Assembly: GCA_965226495.1 (NCBI GenBank)
Contig: OZ245365.1
Span: forward strand, 3,616,001-3,680,000
Length of the DNA stretch: 64,000 bases
Origin: Candidatus Marinacidobacterales bacterium
Lineage (GTDB): Bacteria; Acidobacteriota; Vicinamibacteria; Marinacidobacterales; DATDRI01
Reading direction: 5' to 3'
Shown: positions 1 to 9,405 of the stretch, in pieces
Layout of the letters: every line of letters starts with the position of its first letter
Position numbering within the stretch: position 1 is the stretch's first letter
Notes under the pieces: generated by a model
Told to the model about the DNA's origin: nothing
What the model saw: only the letters and a program-made list of their open reading frames with translations
The model's database searches: none
Program-made: the position numbers and the translations under genes

Positions 1-915
1 CTTGGGCTCTTCGGCCTCGAACGCGATCTGTACCGATTCATAGCAGTCCCGGCGAAACTGTATGGTGTGCCGACCGACCGGAAGCGCGGCCAGATCAAAA
101 GGCGCGGAAAGCTGCTCGACGTCGTACGCGGCGGGCATGAAAGTGCGAAGGTCACGAGGGAGGTTCCCGGCGGTCTTTCCGACGAGCTCGTCGTCGACCC
201 AGACTTCGACGTCGGAAGGCTGGGTGATGATCGGAAGCTTGGCGCTGTTACGAATCAGTGTTACGTCGATAGTCCTAGTCTCGCCAGGTAGAATATTCAC
301 CTCTTCTCTGGAGATCGGATCGTGCCCTACGAGCTCGATGTCTACCGCTGCCAAACCGGTATGCACCTCGACCGGGAAGAAATTGGTGATTCCCACGAAG
401 TCACCATTCACGGTAACCCGGGCTCCAGCAGGTTCAGAGTTCACGGCGATGTACCCGACCAACTGCTTCTTCTGATCTTCGAAGAAGTCGATAATTTTCG
501 GCGAGAGCTCTTCCTGATCGAGGCCGTAGCGGGGATTGGCGAGAATGAGCTGCCGGAAGTCATCGGCCGCCCCTTGCTGCTGGCCGGCATTGAAAGACGC
601 CCGCGCCCGGTGCTCGAAGCATTGTTGCTGCAACCCCTTCAATTCGTCTGAGACTTGCTCCCGCATGCGTCGCTCGTCATCGATCGCCTGGATGATTTGA
701 GAAAGGAATTCGATGGACTGCGACTGCCGCTGCGGATCCTGAAACAACTCCATCGCTTCGGAGTATTGCTGCGAGAGCTGGAACAGGAGCTCCTGGTCCC
801 CGACCGAGACTTCTTCTTGGATCGGCGCCAGGCCGAGCATCGCGAGCGCGGCAAGCACCAGTAGTGGGTGTCTACCGAGTCTATTTGAACCGGATAACCG
901 TCTTCGCCTTATCAT
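1..915 (-). CDS. Secreted PEGA-domain protein with N-terminal TPR-like helices (3'-partial, runs off window start)
   Basis: Absent from the ORF track because there is no stop in the window. My translation from ATG 915 (alternative GTG 858) gives a hydrophobic leader LLVLAALAMLGLAP, a helical region, then PEGA-like segments GYIAVNSEPAGARVTVNG and IITQPSDVEVWVDDELVG. Confidence 0.75.
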   Translation of the reverse strand, partial: MIRRRRLSGSNRLGRHPLLVLAALAMLGLAPIQEEVSVGDQELLFQLSQQYSEAMELFQDPQRQSQSIEFLSQIIQAIDDERRMREQVSDELKGLQQQCFEHRARASFNAGQQQGAADDFRQLILANPRYGLDQEELSPKIIDFFEDQKKQLVGYIAVNSEPAGARVTVNGDFVGITNFFPVEVHTGLAAVDIELVGHDPISREEVNILPGETRTIDVTLIRNSAKLPIITQPSDVEVWVDDELVGKTAGNLPRDLRTFMPAAYDVEQLSAPFDLAALPVGRHTIQFRRDCYESVQIAFEAEEPK

Positions 916-2386
916 CGTAAACATAAAGGGCTCCAGAGCCGTCCACATCCAACGTCGTGGGCTTGCCGAGCGCACCACCGCCCAAATTGCTGGGGGACAG
1001 AAGCGCGACGAACTGGTACGAGGGATCGAAAACCACCACTTGTCCCGAGTCTTGGTCGAGGAGATAAATATACCCGGCCCCTCCAACCGCGACATCGACC
1101 GGTTTCTTGAGATCCCATTTCGCGCCGCGTTTCTGCAGGCGGGCGGTCCGGACGCCATCGGGAGTAAAGACCTCCACACTCCGATCCTTCTTGTTCATGA
1201 TCATGATATTTCCAGAGCTATCGACCTCCAGAAGGAGCACTTCCCGAGGTGTCGAGTCGGGGAACGGACCCTTGACGGTCCCGCTGGGATCGAAACGAAG
1301 TACTTTACGCTGGCTCTCGTCGTAAACGTAGAGGTCGCCGAACCGATCCCTGGTCGCCGCCGCAATCTTCTCCAATGGCTTCGGCCCCTTCTCGTCCGGG
1401 ACCTTGAGCACCGTGGCACGGCCACCGATGATCACCGCTTTCTGGTTCGCTACCACGAGGGTGCCCTGGGGGTCGATCGATAGCGTCTTTGGGGCGGCCG
1501 CAGCCTGGGTGCCGGTGAGCTTACCGGTGGCATCGAAGGTAGCGACTCGCTTGTTTCCCTTCTCCAATACGTGGATACCGCTCGGAGACAGACGCACCGC
1601 CAGTACGTCCTTGAATTTTTGAACCTGAGGACGGAAAGTGGCATCTTTTTGAAAGGAAATCGGCCGGCCGAACCGAGGATTAGCATAGACCCGGAACACC
1701 AGCGTCAGCAGATCGAGTGCCTCGGTAGCCTCGGCGGCATCGGGATACTCGTTTCGTGCCCGTTGTAACTCGAGCATCCCCTGAAACGGATCGCCCAATC
1801 GCACCGTACTGCGACCGATAGCCACCTGGGCAGCGGGAGCTGAGCTCGAGTTGGCGTGCTCACTGACCACCTGGGAATAGACGTCCACCGCCTCCTGCCA
1901 CCGTCCCAAACGTTCGAGGGCGAGACCAGTCGCGGTAAGGGCGGCAGGAACGAACTCGCTCTGCGGGTAGAGGCGGATCACGCGTTGAAAATTTGCCATC
2001 GCGTCGTCCAGGCTCTTGCCACTGCGGTCGGATCGAAGAGCCACCAGCCCTAGGTGAAGGTACGCGCCGGGGGCTTTGTCGCCTGTCGGATAGCGTTGCA
2101 ATAGGGCGTCGAAGTTCTGTCGCGCCTTATCGAAATCCTTCTCGACATCCAAGTAGTACTGGCCGATGTGAAGCATGGCGTCATCCGCATAGTCGGTGTC
2201 GGCCATCGAAGTGACGATGATTTGAAAATCGTTAAGGGCCTGCTTGTACCGCTCCTGGTCGTAAAACTGCAGACCGCTCTCCAAGTGCTGGCGGGCGATA
2301 TCTGAAGACCCTCCCTGGGCCGAGGCGGCCGAAACCGCACCGAGCCAGCTAAGGACAACGAACTCAGCTATGTAATTCATCCGCAT
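881..2386 (-). CDS. Secreted TPR (BamD/CpoB-like) plus NHL-repeat beta-propeller protein
   Basis: Signal peptide ending ASA-Q; TPR pairs of the type F..LLQRYP....A; C-terminal NHL-type blades (KPVDVAVGGAGYIYLLD, KPTTLDVDGSGALYVYD). Confidence 0.8.
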   Translation of the reverse strand: MRMNYIAEFVVLSWLGAVSAASAQGGSSDIARQHLESGLQFYDQERYKQALNDFQIIVTSMADTDYADDAMLHIGQYYLDVEKDFDKARQNFDALLQRYPTGDKAPGAYLHLGLVALRSDRSGKSLDDAMANFQRVIRLYPQSEFVPAALTATGLALERLGRWQEAVDVYSQVVSEHANSSSAPAAQVAIGRSTVRLGDPFQGMLELQRARNEYPDAAEATEALDLLTLVFRVYANPRFGRPISFQKDATFRPQVQKFKDVLAVRLSPSGIHVLEKGNKRVATFDATGKLTGTQAAAAPKTLSIDPQGTLVVANQKAVIIGGRATVLKVPDEKGPKPLEKIAAATRDRFGDLYVYDESQRKVLRFDPSGTVKGPFPDSTPREVLLLEVDSSGNIMIMNKKDRSVEVFTPDGVRTARLQKRGAKWDLKKPVDVAVGGAGYIYLLDQDSGQVVVFDPSYQFVALLSPSNLGGGALGKPTTLDVDGSGALYVYDDKAKTVIRFK

Positions 2387-2396
2387 GAAGAACCCT

Positions 2397-4536
2397 CTAG
2401 CGCCTCCGCCCGGTCACGTATTTGGTCTCTCCGAGCACCACATTTTCCTTATACTCTCTCGTTGCGCCCGGCCACTCGAACAGAAATGTATGTTGGCCCA
2501 CCACGATCGCCTTGCTGTCGAACGGGGGAGCCTCGGTAGCGATACCGTCGACTATCAGGGTGCAGTTACCCGGGAACGCACGCACTGAGAACTTTGCCAA
2601 CGCCGGCGCGTCGATGGTCGTCGTCTCCCCTTGTTTGATTTCCGCCGTGACCGTTCGGTTCAAGAACACATCGCGAGCGACTAGACTAACCTCGTACCGC
2701 CCCGGCATCAACTTGACCGAAGGCGAAGCGGACCCGCTGGCCACTGAACGGCCGCCTCGGACCACGGATAAAGGGTAAGCGCTTCGAACCAAGAGTGTGC
2801 CCGGCCTTCCCACTGGCGATAACACAATTTCGTTCGTGGACACCTCCTCGCCAGGCAGGATCTTGATGGTCTGCTGGACGAAGCCGGCTTTGTCGATGAT
2901 CAACTCGTGCCCGTCAGCGGCCGGCACCTCCAGATCGAGCGGAGTCACTCCCGCTACCTCTTCACCGTCGAGATGGATCGTGGCGCCGGTCGGCTCCGTG
3001 CTGACGCTAAGGCTTCGCATCACCTGCTGCAGGGTCAGCTCGATCGGCGACAGCGGTTCCTCTCCCAGAACCAGCGTTGCCTGAGCACTCGAGTAGCCGG
3101 CGAGGCGTAGCTCGACCGAGACCTCGTCTTCCTCTTTCCCTTGGATAGGAACTTCTACGACCCCGATGTCACTCGTCACGCGGCCGGTATCGGCGCCATT
3201 GACTAAGATCAGGGCTCCCGGGGGGCTCCGAAGTCACACGAAGCGTCTGAGACACCTCTCGCGGACCCATGAGGTCAGGCAAGACGAACCACCCGAGCGA
3301 GACCACGACCACGGTGAGGAGCGTAAAAACCAGCGGCCAAACCAACGGGTTGCGCCGCGTTTTGAGAACGGTCGGAGGTTGCTCTGCCCCCATCTCGGTC
3401 GGCGGAACAATCGGTTCCTTGCCGGTGGCCGAATCTCGACCCTGCCCGTAGAGAAACTCGAACTCCCTCGATATCTCGGCGAGTTGTCTCGTCCTCTCGT
3501 CGGGGGTGGCCCGCCGCTCCTCCTCTTCCTGTTGAAGCTGCCGCAAGCCAGTCCGAAGAGCCTTGTGCGGGCCCTCGAGAGCGGGATTCTGCGTTACCAG
3601 AGTCTTAGCGAGCGGGACCACCTCGGTCCAGCGACCCGCCCGACGCATCGCCTCCAACTCGTTCAGCCGTTCCTGCAGCTCGGAGCTGGGGCGAGCCAGC
3701 GTCTTTCTGTAAACCTCCAAGAGTTTTTCGAGGTCTGTAGCCATTTCGCCGGCGCTCCGATACCGATCGTCGGGCTTTTTCGCCAAAGCCTTGGAGAGGA
3801 TGGCCTCGATCTCTTGGGGAAGCTCCGGACTATTCCTCAGGATCTGTGGCGTGGGCTCGTTGACGATTTGGTACAAGATGGAAGTGGCGGATTCCGCCAC
3901 GAAGGGCCGAGCGCCGGCGAGGATCTCGTAGAGAATACAGCCGGTGGAGAAGATGTCGGACCTCCCGTCGAGCTTCACGCCCCGGACCTGCTCCGGCGAC
4001 ATATAGTGGATCGTGCCCACCATCATGCCGCTCTTCGTGATCTGGGTCTCGCCCTCGATCCGCGCGATGCCGAAGTCCATGATCTTGACCGTGCCATCGT
4101 CCATCCATCGCACGTTGGATGGCTTCATGTCACGGTGAACGACCCGCTTCTGGTGAGCGTAGTCGAGGGCCTTGCAAAGCTGTATCGTGATGTCCAATGC
4201 CTCGGAGAAAGGGATGGTTTTTTCCGTGTGGATCAAGCCGGCCAGATCCGCGCCCTCGAGATACTCCATGACGATGTAGGGTTTTTCGTTGCCGCCGAAG
4301 TTCCCCAGTTCGTAGATGGTCACGATGTTCGGGTGTTGGAGCTGCGCCGCCGCCCGGGCTTCCCGCTCGAACCGCTCGCGAGAGTCCGCGTCGGCGAGGG
4401 CGTCCGAGGTCAAAGTCTTGATCGCGACGCTCCGGTTGAGTCGAGGGTCATAGCCTTCGTAGACGTAGCCCATTCCCCCACGGCCTACCCGCCTCAGGAC
4501 TCGGAACTTGCCTATTCGTGGCTCGGGTGAATCCAT
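2397..4536 (-). CDS. Hanks-type Ser/Thr kinase with TM helix and C-terminal PEGA repeats; split into ORFs 3169-4536 and 2397-3179 by one extra base near 3217-3225
   Basis: Motifs GRGGMG, VAIK, HRDMKPSN, DFG, YMSPE; TM segment LVWPLVFTLLTVVVVSLGWFV. Removing one base in the G6 run (3220-3225) restores TLRVTSEPPGALILVNGADTGRVTSDIG and fuses both ORFs (about 712 aa). Confidence 0.85.
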
Positions 4537-4578
4537 GTCTTGGTGTCTATTCAGGAATCCGACGGTCGACCCAACCGT

Positions 4579-5376
4579 TCAAGAAGCACTATCATCTTCA
4601 TTACCGCTGAAAGATAGCGCGATGGTAGTAATGTTGTCTTCTCCACCGGACTCGTTGGCCGCGTCGATCAGCTCACGAACGACTTCGTTCACTTGGAGCC
4701 CCCCAGCTTTCACAACCTCCAGGATTTCGCCGTCCTCTACCATGGACGTAAGCCCATCAGAGCAGATCAGCAACATGTCGCCGGCTTGAAGATCCAGCAC
4801 CTGTAGGTCAATCTCTAACCCTTCCTTCCCTCCCAGCGCCCGAGTGACGACGTTGCGTAGTGGGTGGGTCCGCGCCTGCTCGCTATCGATGAGCCCCGAC
4901 ATCACTTGCTCGTTGACCCAAGAGTGATCGCTGGTGACTTGGCGAATTGTGTCGTCGCGAATTAGATAGACACGGCTATCTCCGACATGAGCGATGTGAG
5001 CTTGGTCTTTCTCGAGCAGAACCGCGGCAACCGTGGTAGCCATGCCCTCGCACTCCGCGCTTTCCTGAACCCTCTCCAGCAGCTTCCGGTTCGCAAAGCG
5101 GATGGCGGTCTTCAGGCGGTTTCCGCTCAAGGAGAGCTTTTCGTCGAGCCCGAAAGGCCACGTGATGTCAGCGTCAGAGCTGGTGAGCTTGATGAACTCT
5201 TCGATCGTTTCAGTTGCAAGCTCCGAAGCCACTTCCCCCGCCGCGTGGCCTCCCATCCCGTCGGCCACAACGTAAAGGCCTTCCTTAGCGTTGGCGCAAT
5301 AGTTGTCCTCGTTCGACTTTCGCTTGCGCCCTACATCGGAAATCGAGCCGCAATCGACCCGCATACCCGAGGACAC
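4579..5376 (-). CDS. PP2C-type (Stp1/PrpC family) Ser/Thr phosphatase
   Basis: Motifs SDVGRKR..NED, VADGMGGH, HVGDSRVY, TSDHS, LICSDGL, GGEDNIT; adjacent to the kinase. Confidence 0.93.
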   Translation of the reverse strand: MSSGMRVDCGSISDVGRKRKSNEDNYCANAKEGLYVVADGMGGHAAGEVASELATETIEEFIKLTSSDADITWPFGLDEKLSLSGNRLKTAIRFANRKLLERVQESAECEGMATTVAAVLLEKDQAHIAHVGDSRVYLIRDDTIRQVTSDHSWVNEQVMSGLIDSEQARTHPLRNVVTRALGGKEGLEIDLQVLDLQAGDMLLICSDGLTSMVEDGEILEVVKAGGLQVNEVVRELIDAANESGGEDNITTIALSFSGNEDDSAS

Positions 5377-5988
5377 CTACTTTCTCCGGGCTTTGTCCGC
5401 CGCGGCGGTCGCCTGGGACACGTGCTGCTTTAGCTCTGGATCGTTAGGTAACTGCTGGAGCCCCGACTCATAGATGCGCCGGGCCCTGGTGGGAAGCCCG
5501 GACTTTTCAAGCAACTCACCGAGTTCCAGATAGAACTCCCTACGCTTAGGATCCTGTTGGATGGCCTTGTTATAGAGTTCCGTGGCCTGACGCGCCTTGG
5601 AACCATCGGTGGCCATGACCCGCGCCGCCGAACCCGTATAGAGTGCGCTCTCCGGAACCAGACGGCTGGCCTCGAAGAAGAACTTCATCGCCTCGTTGTA
5701 GTCCTTCAGCTCTTCGCGCATGGCGCCGTTCTTATAATACCGCTCTGCCTGTTCCTTGGGTGGCAACGATTCGCGGGCAATCTCTTGGTCGTACTCACGC
5801 CGCAGCTTCTCATCTCGAAGGTGGTTGTACGACTCGTTGATTCGCTGAATCGTCTCCTCCGCTTGCGTACGCTTCTCCGGATCTTGAAACCGATCGGGAT
5901 GATTCTCGCGGGCCAGCTTCATGTACGCCTCTTTGATCTGAGAGCGGCTCGCTGTCTTCGGTACGCCAAGAATCGCGTAATAGTCCAT
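5377..5988 (-). CDS. J-domain (DnaJ-like) plus TPR protein
   Basis: DYYAILGV...HPD motif followed by TPR helices. Confidence 0.9.
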   Translation of the reverse strand: MDYYAILGVPKTASRSQIKEAYMKLARENHPDRFQDPEKRTQAEETIQRINESYNHLRDEKLRREYDQEIARESLPPKEQAERYYKNGAMREELKDYNEAMKFFFEASRLVPESALYTGSAARVMATDGSKARQATELYNKAIQQDPKRREFYLELGELLEKSGLPTRARRIYESGLQQLPNDPELKQHVSQATAAADKARRK

Positions 5989-5998
5989 GCCTTTACCT

Positions 5999-7057
5999 CT
6001 ACGTCTCAGATCGTTTCAGCTGGGTAGCCTGACGCCGCACGGCCTCGGAGACGTTACGATCTGTTGCGAGACGCTTCAAGTCCCGAGCGGGTAGTCTAGG
6101 AAGAAGACGCATCGCGATCTCGACCGGCGTCAACGGGTTCTGGACCAATTCCTTTGCCACTTTGTATCGCTTGGTCCACTCTCTTCTCGCTCCGATTGCG
6201 CGTAGCACCTCGGAAGACACGTTTTTCATTGCCGCGAAGCCCTCGATTTCGGAGTCGGTGAGTTTCGGACTGCCGAGCACGGCAGAGTATACGACGCGGT
6301 TTCGGTCCCGAATCAACATGTTCCTGGTCTCTCGATCCCCTTTGAGGCCCTCCATCATTTTTTCGGCCGCGGTCATTCCCACCAGGCGCTGAAACACTGT
6401 GAGCTTGGATTGGAGCTCCTCCTCGCTGAGCTCCCCACCATCTCCATACTGGGCCACGGCATCCTCGATGGTCTTCGGTGGTGGCGCCTCCTCTTCGGGA
6501 GGTCCGGTCTCCAAATCCATCAACGCTTCGGGCTCCGCCGGTGGCAGGACCTCGGCCGGGGTCTCGGTCACACCAATCTTGAAGTCGTGCCGGAGCTCGG
6601 TGAGACGACGCCGCTGATCAGAAGTGAGGTTATTGCTCGCTTCCAGCGCTTCCAGCAAGGGCATGTGGCGGAGCACGCGGGTTTGATTGATAACCACGAT
6701 TTCGAGCAGCTCCGCAGAAAGCCGCGGAGCCATCGCTCGGATGGCCTGGTCCTCAGTTCCCGGGTTTGTCAGGATCAGTTCGAGCAAGTCGGGATCTTCC
6801 AGCCGAGTACCGAAATACTCGAGCACTTTGGGGTTCGCCGAGGTATCTTTGAGAACGTTCTGCAAGTTCTCCACTTTGACTTGGCGTAGGCTAGCGTCCG
6901 CTTTGTCCCGTACCTCATCGTCGCGATCCCGAGTGAGGAGATACAGAAGCTCCAGCTGATCCATCGGCTTGAGCGGAAGGGCCCCGGCGGCCGCGGTCAA
7001 GCGGACATCGCGGGATACCCCACCCTTGCGAAACTGGTCAACTAACGGTGAAGCCAT
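5999..7057 (-). CDS. Uncharacterised helical-repeat (HEAT/LRV-like) protein
   Basis: Long ORF in operon context with motif W.KRYKV..ELVQNPLTP; paralogous to 8023-8760. Confidence 0.75.
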   Translation of the reverse strand: MASPLVDQFRKGGVSRDVRLTAAAGALPLKPMDQLELLYLLTRDRDDEVRDKADASLRQVKVENLQNVLKDTSANPKVLEYFGTRLEDPDLLELILTNPGTEDQAIRAMAPRLSAELLEIVVINQTRVLRHMPLLEALEASNNLTSDQRRRLTELRHDFKIGVTETPAEVLPPAEPEALMDLETGPPEEEAPPPKTIEDAVAQYGDGGELSEEELQSKLTVFQRLVGMTAAEKMMEGLKGDRETRNMLIRDRNRVVYSAVLGSPKLTDSEIEGFAAMKNVSSEVLRAIGARREWTKRYKVAKELVQNPLTPVEIAMRLLPRLPARDLKRLATDRNVSEAVRRQATQLKRSET

Positions 7058-7089
7058 CTATACCCTTCAAGGGAACGGTTGCCGTCCGC

Positions 7090-7893
7090 CTACGATGTGA
7101 AATCGGCGACATTGTCCGACGTGATGCAGATGTTCTTCCGAACCTGCCCCGCCTGCCCCAACGGCCTACCAATCTGGCCGTCGATCCAATAGGAAACCCC
7201 GCCCGCATTGCCCACGGACAGACAAATCTCCGCAGCCTCGAATTCTTTTCGGAACCCGACCAGTTTAATCCCCTCGTCGACCGCCTCACCGTCTGTTTGC
7301 ACTTCCAACCAACACGGCTCTTCGATCTTCAGAGTCAGACGCAGTTTCCTCGTTGTCGGAAGATCATCTTCGGCCGCTCGCTCCGGCGACAGCTCGTTCC
7401 TGACAAAGGGTAGGCGCGCCGAGTCAGCCGCCCTGCTGGCGGTCCTACTCATTTGGCTTATCTGGCCCGCGGATTGGGACGCCTTCAATTGGCTGGATGT
7501 CGGATTCGCGGCATCTTGCGCAGGCGCTCGACGCCAAACCGCCGCCGCGGCGCCGCTCAAGCCGACTCCTACGATAACCAATACCACCCACTTGACGGCT
7601 GACGCGAGCGGAAGATTCGGTGCAGTCCGCGCCGCCGGTGATGGTCCCGGTACTCTCCCGCCTGCCGCGGCGAACTCGTAGGCGGTCAAGATCCGCTCTT
7701 CATCCAAACCTAAATACCGTGCGTAGGCCCTGACGTAGGCTCGTTGATAGAAACGGCCCGGGATAATGTCGACGCGACCGGATTCGATCGCACCGAGAAA
7801 ACGCACTCCTACGTTAGTTGTCTCTGCGATTTGAGCGAGACGGATTCCTCGACTCTCCCGCTCGCGTTTCAGTTCGTCACCAAACGAGAACAT
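7090..7893 (-). CDS. rodZ: RodZ-like protein (HTH - TM - DUF4115-like domain)
   Basis: N-terminal SFGDELKRERESRGI.L..IA..T...RAYVRAYARYLGLD, a single TM, and C-terminal CWLEVQTDG...SVGNAGGV. Start set at ATG 7893 (ORF track starts 7956). Confidence 0.82.
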   Translation of the reverse strand: MFSFGDELKRERESRGIRLAQIAETTNVGVRFLGAIESGRVDIIPGRFYQRAYVRAYARYLGLDEERILTAYEFAAAGGRVPGPSPAARTAPNLPLASAVKWVVLVIVGVGLSGAAAAVWRRAPAQDAANPTSSQLKASQSAGQISQMSRTASRAADSARLPFVRNELSPERAAEDDLPTTRKLRLTLKIEEPCWLEVQTDGEAVDEGIKLVGFRKEFEAAEICLSVGNAGGVSYWIDGQIGRPLGQAGQVRKNICITSDNVADFTS

Positions 7894-7974
7894 TATCGGA
7901 CCTAGTGGTAAGGCGAAAGGTCTATCCTCTTCGGGATGTGGTGCTTCCGGGCACACGGGCCCCAGGCTAACGTC

Positions 7975-8003
7975 ATTTTGTCAGACCCGCATGGACCTGT
8001 CAA
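7975..8003 (-). promoter_or_regulatory. sigma70-type promoter upstream of the rodZ-like gene
   Basis: TTGACA-17 bp-CAAAAT with extended -10 TG. Confidence 0.6.
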
Positions 8004-8022
8004 CGTCGGCCCAATGACAGCC

Positions 8023-8760
8023 TCACCTTGTTGCTCCTGACCTAGATAGGATGCGTTCCGCACCCACTCGGATGACTGGGGGGAGCTCGTTCTTGTCGAC
8101 CAGTTTCGCGACTGCCCACGGTGGCAGGGCCGCCAACGCCCGAAGGGCGGTGTGAACCGGTGTTCTTTTGTTTTTGATGACCGCCGTCCTGATCGCCGGA
8201 CGGCTCGCCCAACGCTCGGAGTCTGCCACGGTGCGCAGAATTTCCGGAGTACTCCGGGGAGCTTCAACGATCTGCAAGACCTGAACCTCACGCAGGCGTG
8301 GGTTATTGAGCAGCGCGGCGACGACCCGAGCGTTTCCATCACCTATCAAGCCCGGAAGTAGGCGGGCGGTGGCCGTTCGGGCCAAAGCGATTCGCTCCCC
8401 GAGCTCTAGCTGGGGCAATCGGTCACGCAGGTACTTCTCTGCAGTTAAACGAATGGGCATAGGGAGGCGAAAGTTATTTGCTACCTTCAACAGCTCCTTC
8501 CAGAACAGCTGGTTCACCAACCGGAGCGCCAAAGTTTTGGGTGTCTTGGCGTGATTGACGATGGCGGCCTTGATGATGTGGCGTGAATTCCATCTTTCAT
8601 CCCTTGCGATGGCTTCGATCACGGTGCTCGGAAGATCTCGTTTGCGCAACACCGCCAGCACGTGTGCCTGCTCGGTCTGTGGATGCTCCAAGAGTGCCGC
8701 AGCCTGCTCGGCCGAGGCGGCAGGGCCCAGGGCATCCATCAACTCTCGGACTTCCATCAT
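8023..8760 (-). CDS. Uncharacterised helical-repeat protein, paralogue of 5999-7057
   Basis: Internal duplication (ERWNSRHIIKAAIVNHAKTP / ERWASRPAIRTAVIKNKRTP). Confidence 0.75.
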   Translation of the reverse strand: MMEVRELMDALGPAASAEQAAALLEHPQTEQAHVLAVLRKRDLPSTVIEAIARDERWNSRHIIKAAIVNHAKTPKTLALRLVNQLFWKELLKVANNFRLPMPIRLTAEKYLRDRLPQLELGERIALARTATARLLPGLIGDGNARVVAALLNNPRLREVQVLQIVEAPRSTPEILRTVADSERWASRPAIRTAVIKNKRTPVHTALRALAALPPWAVAKLVDKNELPPVIRVGAERILSRSGATR

Positions 8761-8917
8761 GGCATCACGAGACCTCTGGTGGAGTCGGTCGAGTCGCTAA
8801 ACCCTCGGTTTCCTTAGCTTTGCCATGTCCAAGCCGAGCTCGATCACACGCGACATCGGAGAGAGCGGTACGAAGATGGGAGCCCCGTGCGAGAAGCTCC
8901 TTCGGCTGCCGATGAAG

Positions 8918-9271
8918 TTAGGAATGTTTCTCGTGGGTTGCGACGGCATGCGGCTCTCGGTCGTTCCTTGCCGAAGAGCCGTGATCCGGTGGCCCGTCTC
9001 CGAGCGGCACCCCACCTGGAAACAGCGCATTAGAGGTCGTACTCCGCGCCTTGCGTCCTATGACTTCGTTCAGTCCGATATAGATGTTCGCGACTCCGAG
9101 CCCAGAAACGGCGCCGCGGAACATGGGATTCAGAACAACGTCACTGAGCCCCGGGTACGCTTGGAGAAAGTAGTTGCGCTCCCAAATCACGGACCACGGT
9201 ACGAGCAATAAGAAAACACCTACTTCGAGGCAGATCAAGACATACAGCACGAACCATTGGCGGTCTCCCAT
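8918..9271 (-). CDS. Small two-TM membrane protein of unknown function
   Basis: Hydrophobic segments VLYVLICLEVGVFLLLVPWS and RGAVSGLGVANIYIG. Confidence 0.7.
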   Translation of the reverse strand: MGDRQWFVLYVLICLEVGVFLLLVPWSVIWERNYFLQAYPGLSDVVLNPMFRGAVSGLGVANIYIGLNEVIGRKARSTTSNALFPGGVPLGDGPPDHGSSARNDREPHAVATHEKHS

Positions 9272-9405
9272 TACGTTGCTCTAGTGCCTACGGAGTGCTG
9301 GTCTGGTTCCGGTTCAGCCAACTTGTCGAAAAACCCACAACTTTTTTTCCATGGAAACTCGAATGGCGGTGAACTTAGTCTCCGCTCGGATCGTGCGGGA
9401 ACACG

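Noticed and set aside
3166-4530. 454-aa antisense ORF over the kinase, and similar long shadow ORFs (e.g. 24726-26021, 15779-16522, 45537-46544)
   Set aside because: They overlap genes with clear motifs, have no recognisable domains, and are expected in GC-rich DNA.
8797-9030. 77-aa ORF between the small membrane protein and the helical-repeat gene
   Set aside because: It overlaps a better gene and has no motif support.
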